The position numbers and the translations under genes were made by a program. Positions 19,134 to 28,700 of a stretch of DNA of 64,000 bases are shown here, piece after piece (positions within the stretch are counted from its first letter, which is position 1; each line of letters begins with the position of its first letter). The notes beneath the pieces were generated by a model, which was given only the letters and a program-made list of their open reading frames with translations, was not told where the DNA came from and ran no database searches. The stretch spans positions 544,001 to 608,000 of the forward strand of contig CAXWPL010000004.1 of NCBI GenBank assembly GCA_963666215.2, given 5' to 3'. Source of the stretch: Acidobacteriota bacterium (lineage in GTDB: Bacteria > Acidobacteriota > UBA890 > WLXD01).

Positions 19134-21508
19134 GCTTCACGTGCGTCGACGTCGCTCGGGCCGCGGGATTGGAGAAGGGCCGTCGCGTCGGCGCGGAGAG
19201 ATTGTTCCGGTGTTGCCAGCATGACGACACTCGGCCCTCTCTGTCGATCAATGAGCGCAAGAACCGGTGGATTTGCGGGCCGTGTGAGGCTGGTGGCGGG
19301 GCCTGGAAACTGGCGGCGTTCCTTGGTGGCTTCGATCCGGACGACAAGCAGGCCGTACTCTCGTGGCTCCGCGACCACGATCTGCTTGATGGCGAGCGGG
19401 TCTCGTCGAAGTTCGTTGCCACTCACGACTACACGGACCACGCCGGTGAGCTGCTGTTCCAGGTCGTGCGCCTGCGGCCCAAGTCCTTCCGACAACGGCG
19501 TCCGGACGGCAACGGCGGGTGGGTGTGGAACGTCGACGGTGTGCGCCGCGTGTTGTACCGGCTGCCCGAGCTTGGCACGGCCACGGTCGTGCACATCACC
19601 GAGGGAGAAAAGGACGCCGACGCACTTCACGGCATCGGTCTCACGGCCACATGTAACCCCGGGGGTGCGGGGAAGTGGCGGGACGAGTACACGGAGTCCT
19701 TCACTGCCGAGCACCAGGTCGTTGTCTTGCCGGACAACGACGACGCCGGTCGCCGGCACGCCGAGACGGTGGCCGCATCACTGCACGGTCAGGTCGCGTC
19801 GGTGAAGGTGCTCCAGCTGCCGGACCTAGCTCCCAAGGGGGATGTCACGGACTTCATCAACGCGTGCAGAGACGCGGAGGAAGCTGCCGAGCGGCTTGCC
19901 ACCATAGCGAATGGGGCGGATCAATGGGAGCCGCAGGCTGCCGACGAACCGACTGTGGAGGACCGCTGCACAACCATCGAGATCCGGCCCGACCTGACTG
20001 GCGTAACCGATGAGGCCATCGACGCGATAGCCGCGCAGCCGAGCCTCGGAGTCTACGTCCGCGGCCGCCAACTCGTGCGCGTCGCGCGGGACGGGTCTCC
20101 GCCGGAGTGCTGGCTGGAGCGATGGCCCGGGTCTCCGGTGATCGTTCCCATGGCGAGCGCACAGGTACTCGACGTCCTCGACCGAGCCGCCGCGTGGGTG
20201 AAGTGCGACGGCCGCCGCAAGGAGTATGTTGCCGCGATACCGCCATCGTGGGTCGCGCAGCAGGTGGGTGCAAGGCTGGAGTGGCCGCTGCCGTACCTGG
20301 AGGCGGTTACCGAGACGCCGACCATCCGGTCTGACGGGTCGATCCTGGAGACGCCGGGGTGGGACCAGGCGTCCCGTCTCCTATACGAGCCGATCCCGGG
20401 AGCAGCGACGTGGCCGCCGGTGCCGGAGCAACCGACTGGGGAGGACGTACGCCGTGGCATCGCGATGCTGCGGGACCCATTGGAAGACTTCCCTTTCAAA
20501 GCGGAATCGGACGGTGCGGCCGCCATCGCGGTCATTCTGACTCTGTTGGCGCGGCACCTCATTCACGGGCCGGTTCCGTTGATGGCCATTCGGGCGCCGA
20601 CGCCGGCGACCGGCAAAACGCTGTTGGCCGACGTTATCGGGATCATGGGCACAGGGCGTGTCCCGCCCGTTATGACGATGACCTTCGAGTCGGAGGAGCT
20701 GCGGAAGCGGGTTACCTCCCTTGCGGTCGAGGGTGCTGCGCTAATCCTCCTCGACAATGTGTCGGGCACCCTTGGGTCCGACACCCTAGCCGCCGCGCTG
20801 ACGGCGACCGACTGGGAGGACCGCATCCTCGGGACGAACACGGTTGTCCGCGTGCCGCTGCGCGTGGTGTGGATGGTGACCGGCAACAATCTCGGCTTTC
20901 GTCGCACGCTCGGACGGCGTGTGATCCCGATCGACCTGGACGCGGGGGTGGAGCAGCCGGAGGACCGGGTCGGATTCCGCCACGCGGACCTGAGGGGGCA
21001 CGTCCGCGAGCGCCGGCCGCACCTGGTGACCGCGGCCCTGACGATCCTGCGAGCGTTTCACCTAGCAGGTCGGCCGGCGCACGGGGGACCACGCATGGGC
21101 AGCTTCGAGGCCTGGGATGACCTGATCCGATCCGCGGTCATCTGGGCCAGTTTGGCCGACCCTGCGTCCGCGGATCCGGAGCACGGACGGGGGCGAGTAC
21201 GGTCGCAAGCGGATGACGATACGGAGACGCTGCGGCTGCTGCTGCGCGCGTTGGCCGACGCCTTTCCCCACGGCGGGGGCTTTACGGCCGCGGACGTGGT
21301 GACCCGCTCGCGCAGTGACGAGGATCTAGCCGCTGCGCTGGACGTAGCGGCTGCGCCGAGACGTGGTGGGAAGCCGACCGGCCGATCGTTGGGGTACGCG
21401 TTCCGGAATGCAGTTGACCGACCGGTCAGAGGCCTCGTGCTGCGCCGGTGGATGCAAGAGCGATCTGGGGTTGTCTGGCTGGTCGAGAGCCCGGAGGAGA
21501 CGCGGTGA
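19130..21508 (+). CDS. Primase-helicase (CHC2 Zn finger, TOPRIM, P-loop ATPase)
   Basis: CCQHDDTRPS...CGPC; ITEGEKD; PDNDDAG; APTPATGKT; LLDN. Confidence 0.85.
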   Translation: MSFTCVDVARAAGLEKGRRVGAERLFRCCQHDDTRPSLSINERKNRWICGPCEAGGGAWKLAAFLGGFDPDDKQAVLSWLRDHDLLDGERVSSKFVATHDYTDHAGELLFQVVRLRPKSFRQRRPDGNGGWVWNVDGVRRVLYRLPELGTATVVHITEGEKDADALHGIGLTATCNPGGAGKWRDEYTESFTAEHQVVVLPDNDDAGRRHAETVAASLHGQVASVKVLQLPDLAPKGDVTDFINACRDAEEAAERLATIANGADQWEPQAADEPTVEDRCTTIEIRPDLTGVTDEAIDAIAAQPSLGVYVRGRQLVRVARDGSPPECWLERWPGSPVIVPMASAQVLDVLDRAAAWVKCDGRRKEYVAAIPPSWVAQQVGARLEWPLPYLEAVTETPTIRSDGSILETPGWDQASRLLYEPIPGAATWPPVPEQPTGEDVRRGIAMLRDPLEDFPFKAESDGAAAIAVILTLLARHLIHGPVPLMAIRAPTPATGKTLLADVIGIMGTGRVPPVMTMTFESEELRKRVTSLAVEGAALILLDNVSGTLGSDTLAAALTATDWEDRILGTNTVVRVPLRVVWMVTGNNLGFRRTLGRRVIPIDLDAGVEQPEDRVGFRHADLRGHVRERRPHLVTAALTILRAFHLAGRPAHGGPRMGSFEAWDDLIRSAVIWASLADPASADPEHGRGRVRSQADDDTETLRLLLRALADAFPHGGGFTAADVVTRSRSDEDLAAALDVAAAPRRGGKPTGRSLGYAFRNAVDRPVRGLVLRRWMQERSGVVWLVESPEETR

Positions 21509-21649
21509 TGACGTTGATCGCGGTGATGGATCCTCCGTACGCGCGGGGAAGTGGCGGCTACAGGGCGGTTTCCGGTGTGCGAATCGGGGTCCTGGGGCGG
21601 TATCCATCGCCACCATCGCCGCCATCACCACCGGCAGCGGCCTGCTGAC

Positions 21650-21739
21650 GGGACAGGCCATGACGACGTCGCCAATGCCGTGGCCGGGGCGCTGGTAGCG
21701 GTGGCGAGGGAACGTCGACCACGCTGGGGCTTTGCCTGA
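21650..21739 (+). pseudogene. Diverged copy of the TerL C-terminus
   Basis: GHDDVANAVAGALVAVARERRPRWG versus TerL GHDDVANAVAGALVAIAEGKRRRWG (18478-18555). Confidence 0.8.
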
Positions 21740-21865
21740 GCGCAGAGGAGGAAGAAAGTCGTTCACGTCGCCAGCCGCGCTCGTCTTGTTGACATTGCCG
21801 GCTTGGAACCGGACACGGAGGTCCAGCCCCCTCCGGGGCCGCCGGGTTGGCGTGAACAGGTTCAA

Positions 21866-23251
21866 TTAGGTTCAGGACCTAGCAGGCTGCTGAAAAACTC
21901 CTAGCGTTCATGTAGCTTGACCCATGCAGCCCCGTGCCAACCGGAAGCATCGACGAGGTGAGCAGATGCGTGGTGAAGACGCGGGTCAAGTGGCAGCGTT
22001 CAGCTATATCTCGCCCGAGCAGAGGGTACCGAAGGACCATCCGCTGCGGCGGCTGCTGAAGATCGTCAACAACGTGCTGGAACAGATGTCGCCACTGTTC
22101 GCCGGCATGTACTCGCACACGGGGCGGCCGTCGATCCCGCCGGAGAAGCTGTTGCGGGCATTGCTGCTGCAGGTGCTGTATACGATCCGCTCCGAGCGCA
22201 TGCTGATGGAGCAGCTCGACTACAACCTGCTATTCCGCTGGTTCGTGGGCTTGAACATGGACGATGCGGTGTGGGATGCGACGGTGTTCACCAAGAACCG
22301 AGACCGGGTGCTCGGTGGTGAGGTCGCCGAAGTGTTCTTCGAGCAAGTCGTGGAGCAAGCGCGCAGGCGCGGACTGCTATCGGACGAGCACTTCACCGTT
22401 GATGGAACGCTGATCGAAGCGTGGGCATCGCACAAGAGCTACCAGCCCAAAGACCCGAGCGGGCGGCAGGATCCACCCAGTGGTGGCGGCCGGAACCCGG
22501 ACGTCGATTTCCGCAAACAGCGGCGCAAGAGCGATACACACGCCTCGAGAACCGATCCTGACGCCCGCCTGTATAGGAAGAGCAAGGGATCCGAGGCGAA
22601 GCTCTGCTACATGGGCCACCTGGTAGTCGACAACCGCCACGGGCTGCCGACCAACGCGATGGTAACGAAGGCTTCAGGCACAGCGGAACGAGATGCGGCA
22701 GTGGCGATGGCCGGCGAGATCCCCGGGACAGATCGCGTGACTATGGGTGGCGACAAGAACTACGACACCAAGGAGTGCGTCGGCAAGCTGAGAGATCGGA
22801 ACGTAACGCCGTATGTGGCGCAGAACGACACCAACAGACGCAGCGCGATCGATGGCCGCACCACGAGGCACGCCGGGTACAAGCAAAGCCAGGTCAAACG
22901 CAAGCTCGTCGAGCAGGTCTTTGGCTGGGGCAAGACAGTAGGACTGATCCGCCAGACGAAGCACCGAGGGGTCGACCGCGTCGGCTGGATGTTCGTCTTC
23001 ACCGCGGCAGCGTTCACCTTGGTGAGAATGCGCAATCTCGAGGCGCTGACGTGAAGGTAGTGGGACCCGGGAGCGCCAAACCGCCTCTCGAGGTGACGAG
23101 CGAAGGGTCGTTTGCGATCGCCCCCCTTCAACGGTGCGCGCCATGCCTACTCCACGCTGCCGCTCGGGGACCGGATCGACACTCGTGAGCCGTTTTTCAG
23201 CAGCCTGCTAGTGGGTGCAAGCCCGTGGGGGTTCAAGTCCCTCCTTGGGCA
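21866..23251 (+). other. 3' half of a tRNA-Leu(CAG), att-like fragment split by IS5
   Basis: Removing the IS gives TTAGG-TTCAGGA-CCTAG TGGGTGCAAGCCCG T GGGGG-TTCAAGT-CCCTC CTTGGGC A; no D arm or 5' acceptor strand. Confidence 0.75.
21883..23207 (+). mobile_element. IS5-family element (transposase ~21966-23054)
   Basis: Terminal IRs CAGGCTGCTGAAAAA; CTAG target duplication; GRPSIPPEKLLRA, VDGT, GGDKNYD motifs. Confidence 0.92.
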
Positions 23252-23368
23252 CTCGGTTCAAGTCATTGATATAAAAGCCTCGGAGATTCCGGGTGTGTTC
23301 ATTGGCGGCTACGCAAGTCCGGGCGGAATCCGTCGGGCGCGTTACAGGGACTCAGAGGTCAGAACAAC

Positions 23369-24202
23369 TCATTGGCCGACAACCCGAAGGGAGAGCTGCT
23401 TCGCCGGCAGTTCGAGAACGCCCGCCAGTTGCTCGGCGAACGCAGTTAGTTGCTTTCGCAGGGCGTCAGTGTCCCCAGAGCCTTTCCCTTCACCCAACCA
23501 GTGTGCGGCCAGTACGACATCTGCGTGGAATCTCGATTCGCCCTTGACCCCGGTGTGCTTCAGCGGGGGGCAAGTCAGGCGCCAAGCGCCCGGTAGATGC
23601 TCCTTCAGTAGCTTGTCGAATCGCTGGCCGACCCGATTTCCTGGATCCAGGTTCAGCGCGAACAACAGCACTGCGGCACGCTTGGCCATCTTGGCCATCA
23701 GCGGTACGATCGTCGGTGCTCGACGAAGTAGGAACTCGGAATAGGGATCAATGAGCACCAAGTCGCCGTCCTTTGCGTTGGGGATCACGTCGTTCTCGAA
23801 CGCCGCGTAGCCGTCGGACAGATCAGCGTTCGGGAAATCCTCTGTGATCAAGGACAAACCGGAATCGCGGAGCAGCTCGCGGTGCCCCTGATCCCGATCG
23901 GTGGTCAAGACGCGCACAGTGCCGCACTCGGTTGCCTTGCCCACGTTCCGGACCACCCAGCCACTGCCATAGTAGCGGCCGTGCTCGATGCTGGTTTGGG
24001 CCGCACGAAGTACGCATGCCGACCCGAGGCCCCGAACGCGCCTCGCAACTTTGCAGCAAACGGGTTCCTCCCAAGGCTTGCCACCGAACAGGTCAATGAA
24101 ACGTAGCGCGACGCCCTGTTCGCATTGCCAACGGACAACCTCCGCGAGGACGCCGTGCTTCAACAGATCGCCGGCATTCCCCATGTCGTACAGAAAAGTC
24201 AT
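23369..24202 (-). CDS. Divergent RlmJ-like SAM-dependent methyltransferase
   Basis: GNAGDLLKH, IDLFGG, YYGS, DGY, LIDPY occur in RlmJ motif order. Confidence 0.55.
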   Translation of the reverse strand: MTFLYDMGNAGDLLKHGVLAEVVRWQCEQGVALRFIDLFGGKPWEEPVCCKVARRVRGLGSACVLRAAQTSIEHGRYYGSGWVVRNVGKATECGTVRVLTTDRDQGHRELLRDSGLSLITEDFPNADLSDGYAAFENDVIPNAKDGDLVLIDPYSEFLLRRAPTIVPLMAKMAKRAAVLLFALNLDPGNRVGQRFDKLLKEHLPGAWRLTCPPLKHTGVKGESRFHADVVLAAHWLGEGKGSGDTDALRKQLTAFAEQLAGVLELPAKQLSLRVVGQ

Positions 24203-24456
24203 TGGCGGTTGGGCAGGTGGCGCGTTAGCGCCATCGTAGGGGCAGCGGCAACAACGGAATCGTAACCGTGTGCGACCAAGAACTGCACTACTAGACCCCC
24301 TATTCGGCTTTGATCATCTTGGATTCTTCCCTATGGTCGTGCCTGGCAAAAGGTAGCGACCGGGTCTTGTATCGCAACCGCACCAGCACGTGACCGTTGC
24401 TGGAGCGAGGGACGAGCTCCTCTTGGCTAGCGAGCTCAACCACAGGAGAGGCAAGC

Positions 24457-25209
24457 GTGAACGACACGGGGGGCGCGGCCCCTGGCTCCATCCATTCGTT
24501 GGTTCCCGACCCGGAGGCCATGCTCGCGCTTGAGCCCGAGGAGCTCGCCGGTGTCCTGATGGAACACCTCAACTCTCTCCCTGCCTCCGAACAGAGAAGC
24601 CTAAACCGATACAACTTCAGTCTCCGGCACACAGTTCGAGACTATCCAGAGGACGCGCAGGACGAGCTGAGTCTGGCCCTTATGGAGGCGTGGGTCTGGC
24701 TTGAACGTGAGGGGCTCCTGGTGCCGAAGCCTGGGTCCGCGGGTGAGTCGGTAGTCATCTCGCGACGCGGTCAACGGCTGCGGACACGCGATCAGGTGCG
24801 CTCTTACCGTTGTGCGAACCTGCTTCCGCGTGGCCAGCTTCATCCGAGAATCGCGCAGAAGGTGTGGGCGTTGTTCCTCAGGGGCGACTACGATACGGCG
24901 GTGTTTCAGGCATTCAAAGAGGTCGAAGTGCGGGTCCGGGAGGCCGCGGAATGTGCAGACACGGACATCGGAGTCGCTTTGATGCGGAAGGCGTTCGTGA
25001 CAGGCGGTGCTCTGGCGGACGCTGAGGCGCCGAAGGCGGAGCAGGATGCGCTCGCTCATCTTTTTGCCGGCGCCATCGGGTCCTACAAGAACCCCCATAG
25101 CCACCGTAGCGTGACCATCGAACGAGCCGAGGCCGTGGAGATGATAGTGCTAGCCAGTCACCTACTCGGCATTGTGGACAAGCGTTCAGCCGACGATTCG
25201 GATGCTTAG
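24457..25209 (+). CDS. TIGR02391 (Ymh-like) family protein
   Basis: LHPRI...YDTAVFQAFKEVEVRVR...GVALMRKAF...LFAGAIGSYKNPHSH. Confidence 0.8.
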   Translation: MNDTGGAAPGSIHSLVPDPEAMLALEPEELAGVLMEHLNSLPASEQRSLNRYNFSLRHTVRDYPEDAQDELSLALMEAWVWLEREGLLVPKPGSAGESVVISRRGQRLRTRDQVRSYRCANLLPRGQLHPRIAQKVWALFLRGDYDTAVFQAFKEVEVRVREAAECADTDIGVALMRKAFVTGGALADAEAPKAEQDALAHLFAGAIGSYKNPHSHRSVTIERAEAVEMIVLASHLLGIVDKRSADDSDA

Positions 25210-25317
25210 CCAAGCCGCGCACCTGGCGGCACCGGGGGCCTGCGCTGAACTGTCGCGAAGGATGATGCTGATCCCCGACACGAATCCCTTAGCCGCAGCC
25301 GAGGTCTTGGACACGAC

Positions 25318-27447
25318 ATGAACCACAGCGAGATCACGAGCTTCATCTGGGGCGTGGCGGACCTGATCCGTGACACCTTCAAGCGAGGCAAGTACCAGGA
25401 CGTGATCCTGCCGCTCACCGTGCTGCGGCGCCTCGACTGCGTGCTGGCCCCCACCAAAGGGCAGGTGCTGGCGGTCCAGGCCAAGTACCGGGGCAGGATC
25501 GAGAACCTCGAGCCGCAGCTTCGACGCGCCTCCGGCTTCGCGTTCTACAACACCTCCCGCTACGACTTCGATAAGCTCCTCGCCGACGCGTCCCACATCG
25601 CTCAGAACCTGCGTAACTACATCGCAGGGTTCAGCTCCAACATGCGTGAGGTGCTGGAGAAGTTCGACTTCGACAACACCATCGCCAAGCTCGACGAGGC
25701 GGGACTCCTGTTCCAGGTCGTGCAGCGGTTCGGCGATCCGAAGGTGAATCTGCACCCGGACCTGGTCGACAACTTCACGATGGGCACGATCTTCGAGGAG
25801 CTCATCCGGAAGTTCAACGAGGCGCTGAACGAAAACCCAGGGGAGCACTTCACTCCCCGCGACGTTGTCCATCTCATGGTGGACCTGTTGCTGGCTGGCG
25901 ACGAGCAACGGCTGCGCACCAAAGGGGTCGTGCTGAGCGTCTACGACCCGTGCTGTGGGTCGGGCGGCATGCTCACCATCGCCAAGGAGCACATCAACGT
26001 CGGAGAAAGGCGCGAGGGCGAACTCTGCGGCAGCGCCGTGAACCCTGATGCCGACATTCACCTGTTCGGCCAGGAGGTGAACCCGGAGACCTTCGGCATC
26101 TGCAAGTCCGACCTGTTCATGAAGTCGGAAGACGGCCGCGACGCGGACAACGTCCTGTTCGGCAGCACGCTCTCCAACGACCGGCACGCCAGCACAACGT
26201 TCGACTACATGATCGCCAATCCACCCTACGGCAAGGACTGGAAGCGCGACCAGGACGCGGTGCGAGCCGAGCACGACCGGGGAGACGCCGGCCGCTTCGG
26301 TGCGGGGTTGCCGCGGATAAGCGATGGCCAGCTGCTGTTCCTGCTGCACATGCTCGCGCACTCCAAGGAGCAAGCTCAGGGCGGCTCGCGGGTCGCGATC
26401 ATCATGAACGGCTCGCCGCTCTTCACCGGCGATGCGGGCAGCGGTGAGAGCGAGATCCGCCGCTGGATCCTCGAGAACGATCTGCTGGAAGCGCTGATCG
26501 CACTGCCCGAGCAGCTGTTCTACAACACGGGCATCGCGACCTACGTCTGGGTGCTCACGAACCGGAAACGGCCTGAGCGACGCGGCAGAGTCCAGATCAT
26601 CGACGCCACCTCGTTCTGGGTCCCACTGCGCAAGAGTCTGGGTGCGAAGCGTCGCGAGGTTCCGGTCGAGCGAAAGGAGGAGGTCCTGGGGCTGCTGGCG
26701 GAGTTCGAGGATGGCGCGACCCGCAAGGTCTCCCAGGACGGCGAAGAGCACGAGGTTGTCGTCAGCCGCGTCTATCCGACCACGCACTTCGGCTTCCGCA
26801 AGATCACGGTGGAGCGTCCGCTGCGGCTCGACTTCCAGGCCAGCCCCGAACGGATCGCACGGCTCGAAGAGGAGCGCGCTTTCGTGAGCCTGGCGGTGTC
26901 ACGCAAGAAGGGCGAAGCGAAAGCGAAGGACGAGGAGGCGGGCCGGAAGCAGCAGGCCGAGATCCGGGCCCTGCTGAAGAATCTATCGGCCAAGCTGTTC
27001 CTGGAGCGTGCGGTCTTCGAGGACGAGTTTTCCCAGGCGGCCCAAGAAGCGAAGCTCAAGCTAGCTGCTCCCATCAAGAAGGCAATTTTCTCCGCGTTGT
27101 CTGAGCGCAACGACGAGGCAGAGATCTGCCGGGACCGGGAGGGTCGCCCTGAGCCTGATCCCCAGCTTCGCGACACGGAGAGCGTGCCCCTCCTGGAGGA
27201 TGTTGAGTCGTTCTTCGAGCGGGAGGTGAAGCCGCACGTTCCCGACGCCTGGATCGACACGAAACGCCGGGATGCGCGGGATGGACAGGTCGGGCTCGTG
27301 GGCTACGAGATCAACTTCAACCGGTACTTCTACGAGTACCGACCACCCCGCCCGCTGGAGGAGGTACAAGCCGACATCCGCGCCATCGAGAGAGAAATCG
27401 TCGAGGCTCTGGGTACCTTGACGAAGTCATCGGGGACAACGATGTGA
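25318..27447 (+). CDS. hsdM: Type I R-M methyltransferase subunit
   Basis: GEHFTPR, YDPCCGSGGML, ANPPY motifs. Confidence 0.95.
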   Translation: MNHSEITSFIWGVADLIRDTFKRGKYQDVILPLTVLRRLDCVLAPTKGQVLAVQAKYRGRIENLEPQLRRASGFAFYNTSRYDFDKLLADASHIAQNLRNYIAGFSSNMREVLEKFDFDNTIAKLDEAGLLFQVVQRFGDPKVNLHPDLVDNFTMGTIFEELIRKFNEALNENPGEHFTPRDVVHLMVDLLLAGDEQRLRTKGVVLSVYDPCCGSGGMLTIAKEHINVGERREGELCGSAVNPDADIHLFGQEVNPETFGICKSDLFMKSEDGRDADNVLFGSTLSNDRHASTTFDYMIANPPYGKDWKRDQDAVRAEHDRGDAGRFGAGLPRISDGQLLFLLHMLAHSKEQAQGGSRVAIIMNGSPLFTGDAGSGESEIRRWILENDLLEALIALPEQLFYNTGIATYVWVLTNRKRPERRGRVQIIDATSFWVPLRKSLGAKRREVPVERKEEVLGLLAEFEDGATRKVSQDGEEHEVVVSRVYPTTHFGFRKITVERPLRLDFQASPERIARLEEERAFVSLAVSRKKGEAKAKDEEAGRKQQAEIRALLKNLSAKLFLERAVFEDEFSQAAQEAKLKLAAPIKKAIFSALSERNDEAEICRDREGRPEPDPQLRDTESVPLLEDVESFFEREVKPHVPDAWIDTKRRDARDGQVGLVGYEINFNRYFYEYRPPRPLEEVQADIRAIEREIVEALGTLTKSSGTTM

Positions 27448-28700
27448 TCAGCGAGTCTCCAGCAACACCTCGCTACCCGAAGTACCGCAGCGCGGGCATC
27501 GAGTGGTTAGAAGAAATCCCCAGCCACTGGGATGTGAGCCCTTTGTTCTTGGTCTCTAAGGAGAACGACGCCCGTAACCACCAACAGGTCGAGAGCAATG
27601 TACTTTCCCTGTCGTATGGTCGAATCGTGCGCCGAGATGTGAGCCTCCATCACGGTCTCCTACCGGAGTCTTTCGAGACGTACCAGGTATTGCAGCCTGG
27701 CGATATTGTCCTGCGCTTGACGGATCTTCAGAACGACAAGCGGAGCCTGCGCGTTGGGCTTGTTCCCGAGCCGGGGATCATCACGTCCGCATACGTTGGG
27801 TTAAGTCTCCGCGATTCACTGGAGTCGCGGTTCGCCTACTATCTGCTGCACTCCTACGACGTGACGAAGGTCTTCTACCGGCTGGGCGGAGGTGTCCGGC
27901 AAACGATGAAGTTCGCGGATCTAAGACGCCTCCCTATCGTTCTTCCGCCAGCCCAGGAACAGCACGCCATCGCCGATTTCCTGGACCGCGAGACGGCGAA
28001 GATCGATGGGTTGGTGGCGAGCAAGGAGCGGCTGATCGAGCTACTTCAGGAGAAACGCACCGCCCTGATCACCTCTGCCGTCACCCGAGGCCTGGACCCG
28101 AACGTCCCCATGAAGGATTCCGGCATCGAGTGGCTGGGGGAGATCCCGGCGCATTGGGAGGTAATCCGCACAAGATTCCTCTGCGACATGACCACAGGGG
28201 ACAAGGACACGCAGGACGCGATGGAGGAAGGGGAGTATCCCTTTTTTGTCAGATCCGACAACGTCGAACGTCTACCCACCTATACATTCGACGGTGAAGG
28301 GGTCCTTACGTCGGGTGACGGCGCTGGCGTGGGCAAGATATTCCATCACTACATTGGCAAGTTTGATTTCCATCAACGAGTCTACTTGTTCTGTCATTTT
28401 CGGCGCGTTGTAGGGCGCTTCTTCTACTATTTCGTCAAAGCCAATCTCTGCAAAGTCGTTCTGGCCCTCTCGGCTAAATCCACCGTTGACTCGTTAAGGC
28501 GACCAATGCTCCAGGACTTCCCGGTCGCGGTCGGGCCCGAGCAAGCAGAGATCGTCGCGTTCCTCGATAGAGAGACGGAGAACATCGACGCCCTCACCGC
28601 CAAAGCCCACCAAGCCATCGCCCTGCTCAAAGAATTCCGCACCGCGCTGATCTCCGCAGCGGTCACCGGCAAGATCGACGTCCGGGGACAAGCGGCATGA
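27444..28700 (+). CDS. hsdS: Type I R-M specificity subunit
   Basis: Two TRDs with conserved SGIEWLGEIPAHW repeats and AVTGKIDVR end; GTGA overlap. Confidence 0.95.
   Translation: MISESPATPRYPKYRSAGIEWLEEIPSHWDVSPLFLVSKENDARNHQQVESNVLSLSYGRIVRRDVSLHHGLLPESFETYQVLQPGDIVLRLTDLQNDKRSLRVGLVPEPGIITSAYVGLSLRDSLESRFAYYLLHSYDVTKVFYRLGGGVRQTMKFADLRRLPIVLPPAQEQHAIADFLDRETAKIDGLVASKERLIELLQEKRTALITSAVTRGLDPNVPMKDSGIEWLGEIPAHWEVIRTRFLCDMTTGDKDTQDAMEEGEYPFFVRSDNVERLPTYTFDGEGVLTSGDGAGVGKIFHHYIGKFDFHQRVYLFCHFRRVVGRFFYYFVKANLCKVVLALSAKSTVDSLRRPMLQDFPVAVGPEQAEIVAFLDRETENIDALTAKAHQAIALLKEFRTALISAAVTGKIDVRGQAA

Noticed and set aside
18478-21739. Diversity-generating retroelement TR/VR pair
   Set aside because: Differences are not adenine-specific and no reverse transcriptase is present
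25186-26787. 533-aa minus-strand ORF and similar long antisense ORFs (18404-19759, 9330-10469, 50819-52075)
   Set aside because: Shadows of well-supported genes, expected in high-GC DNA
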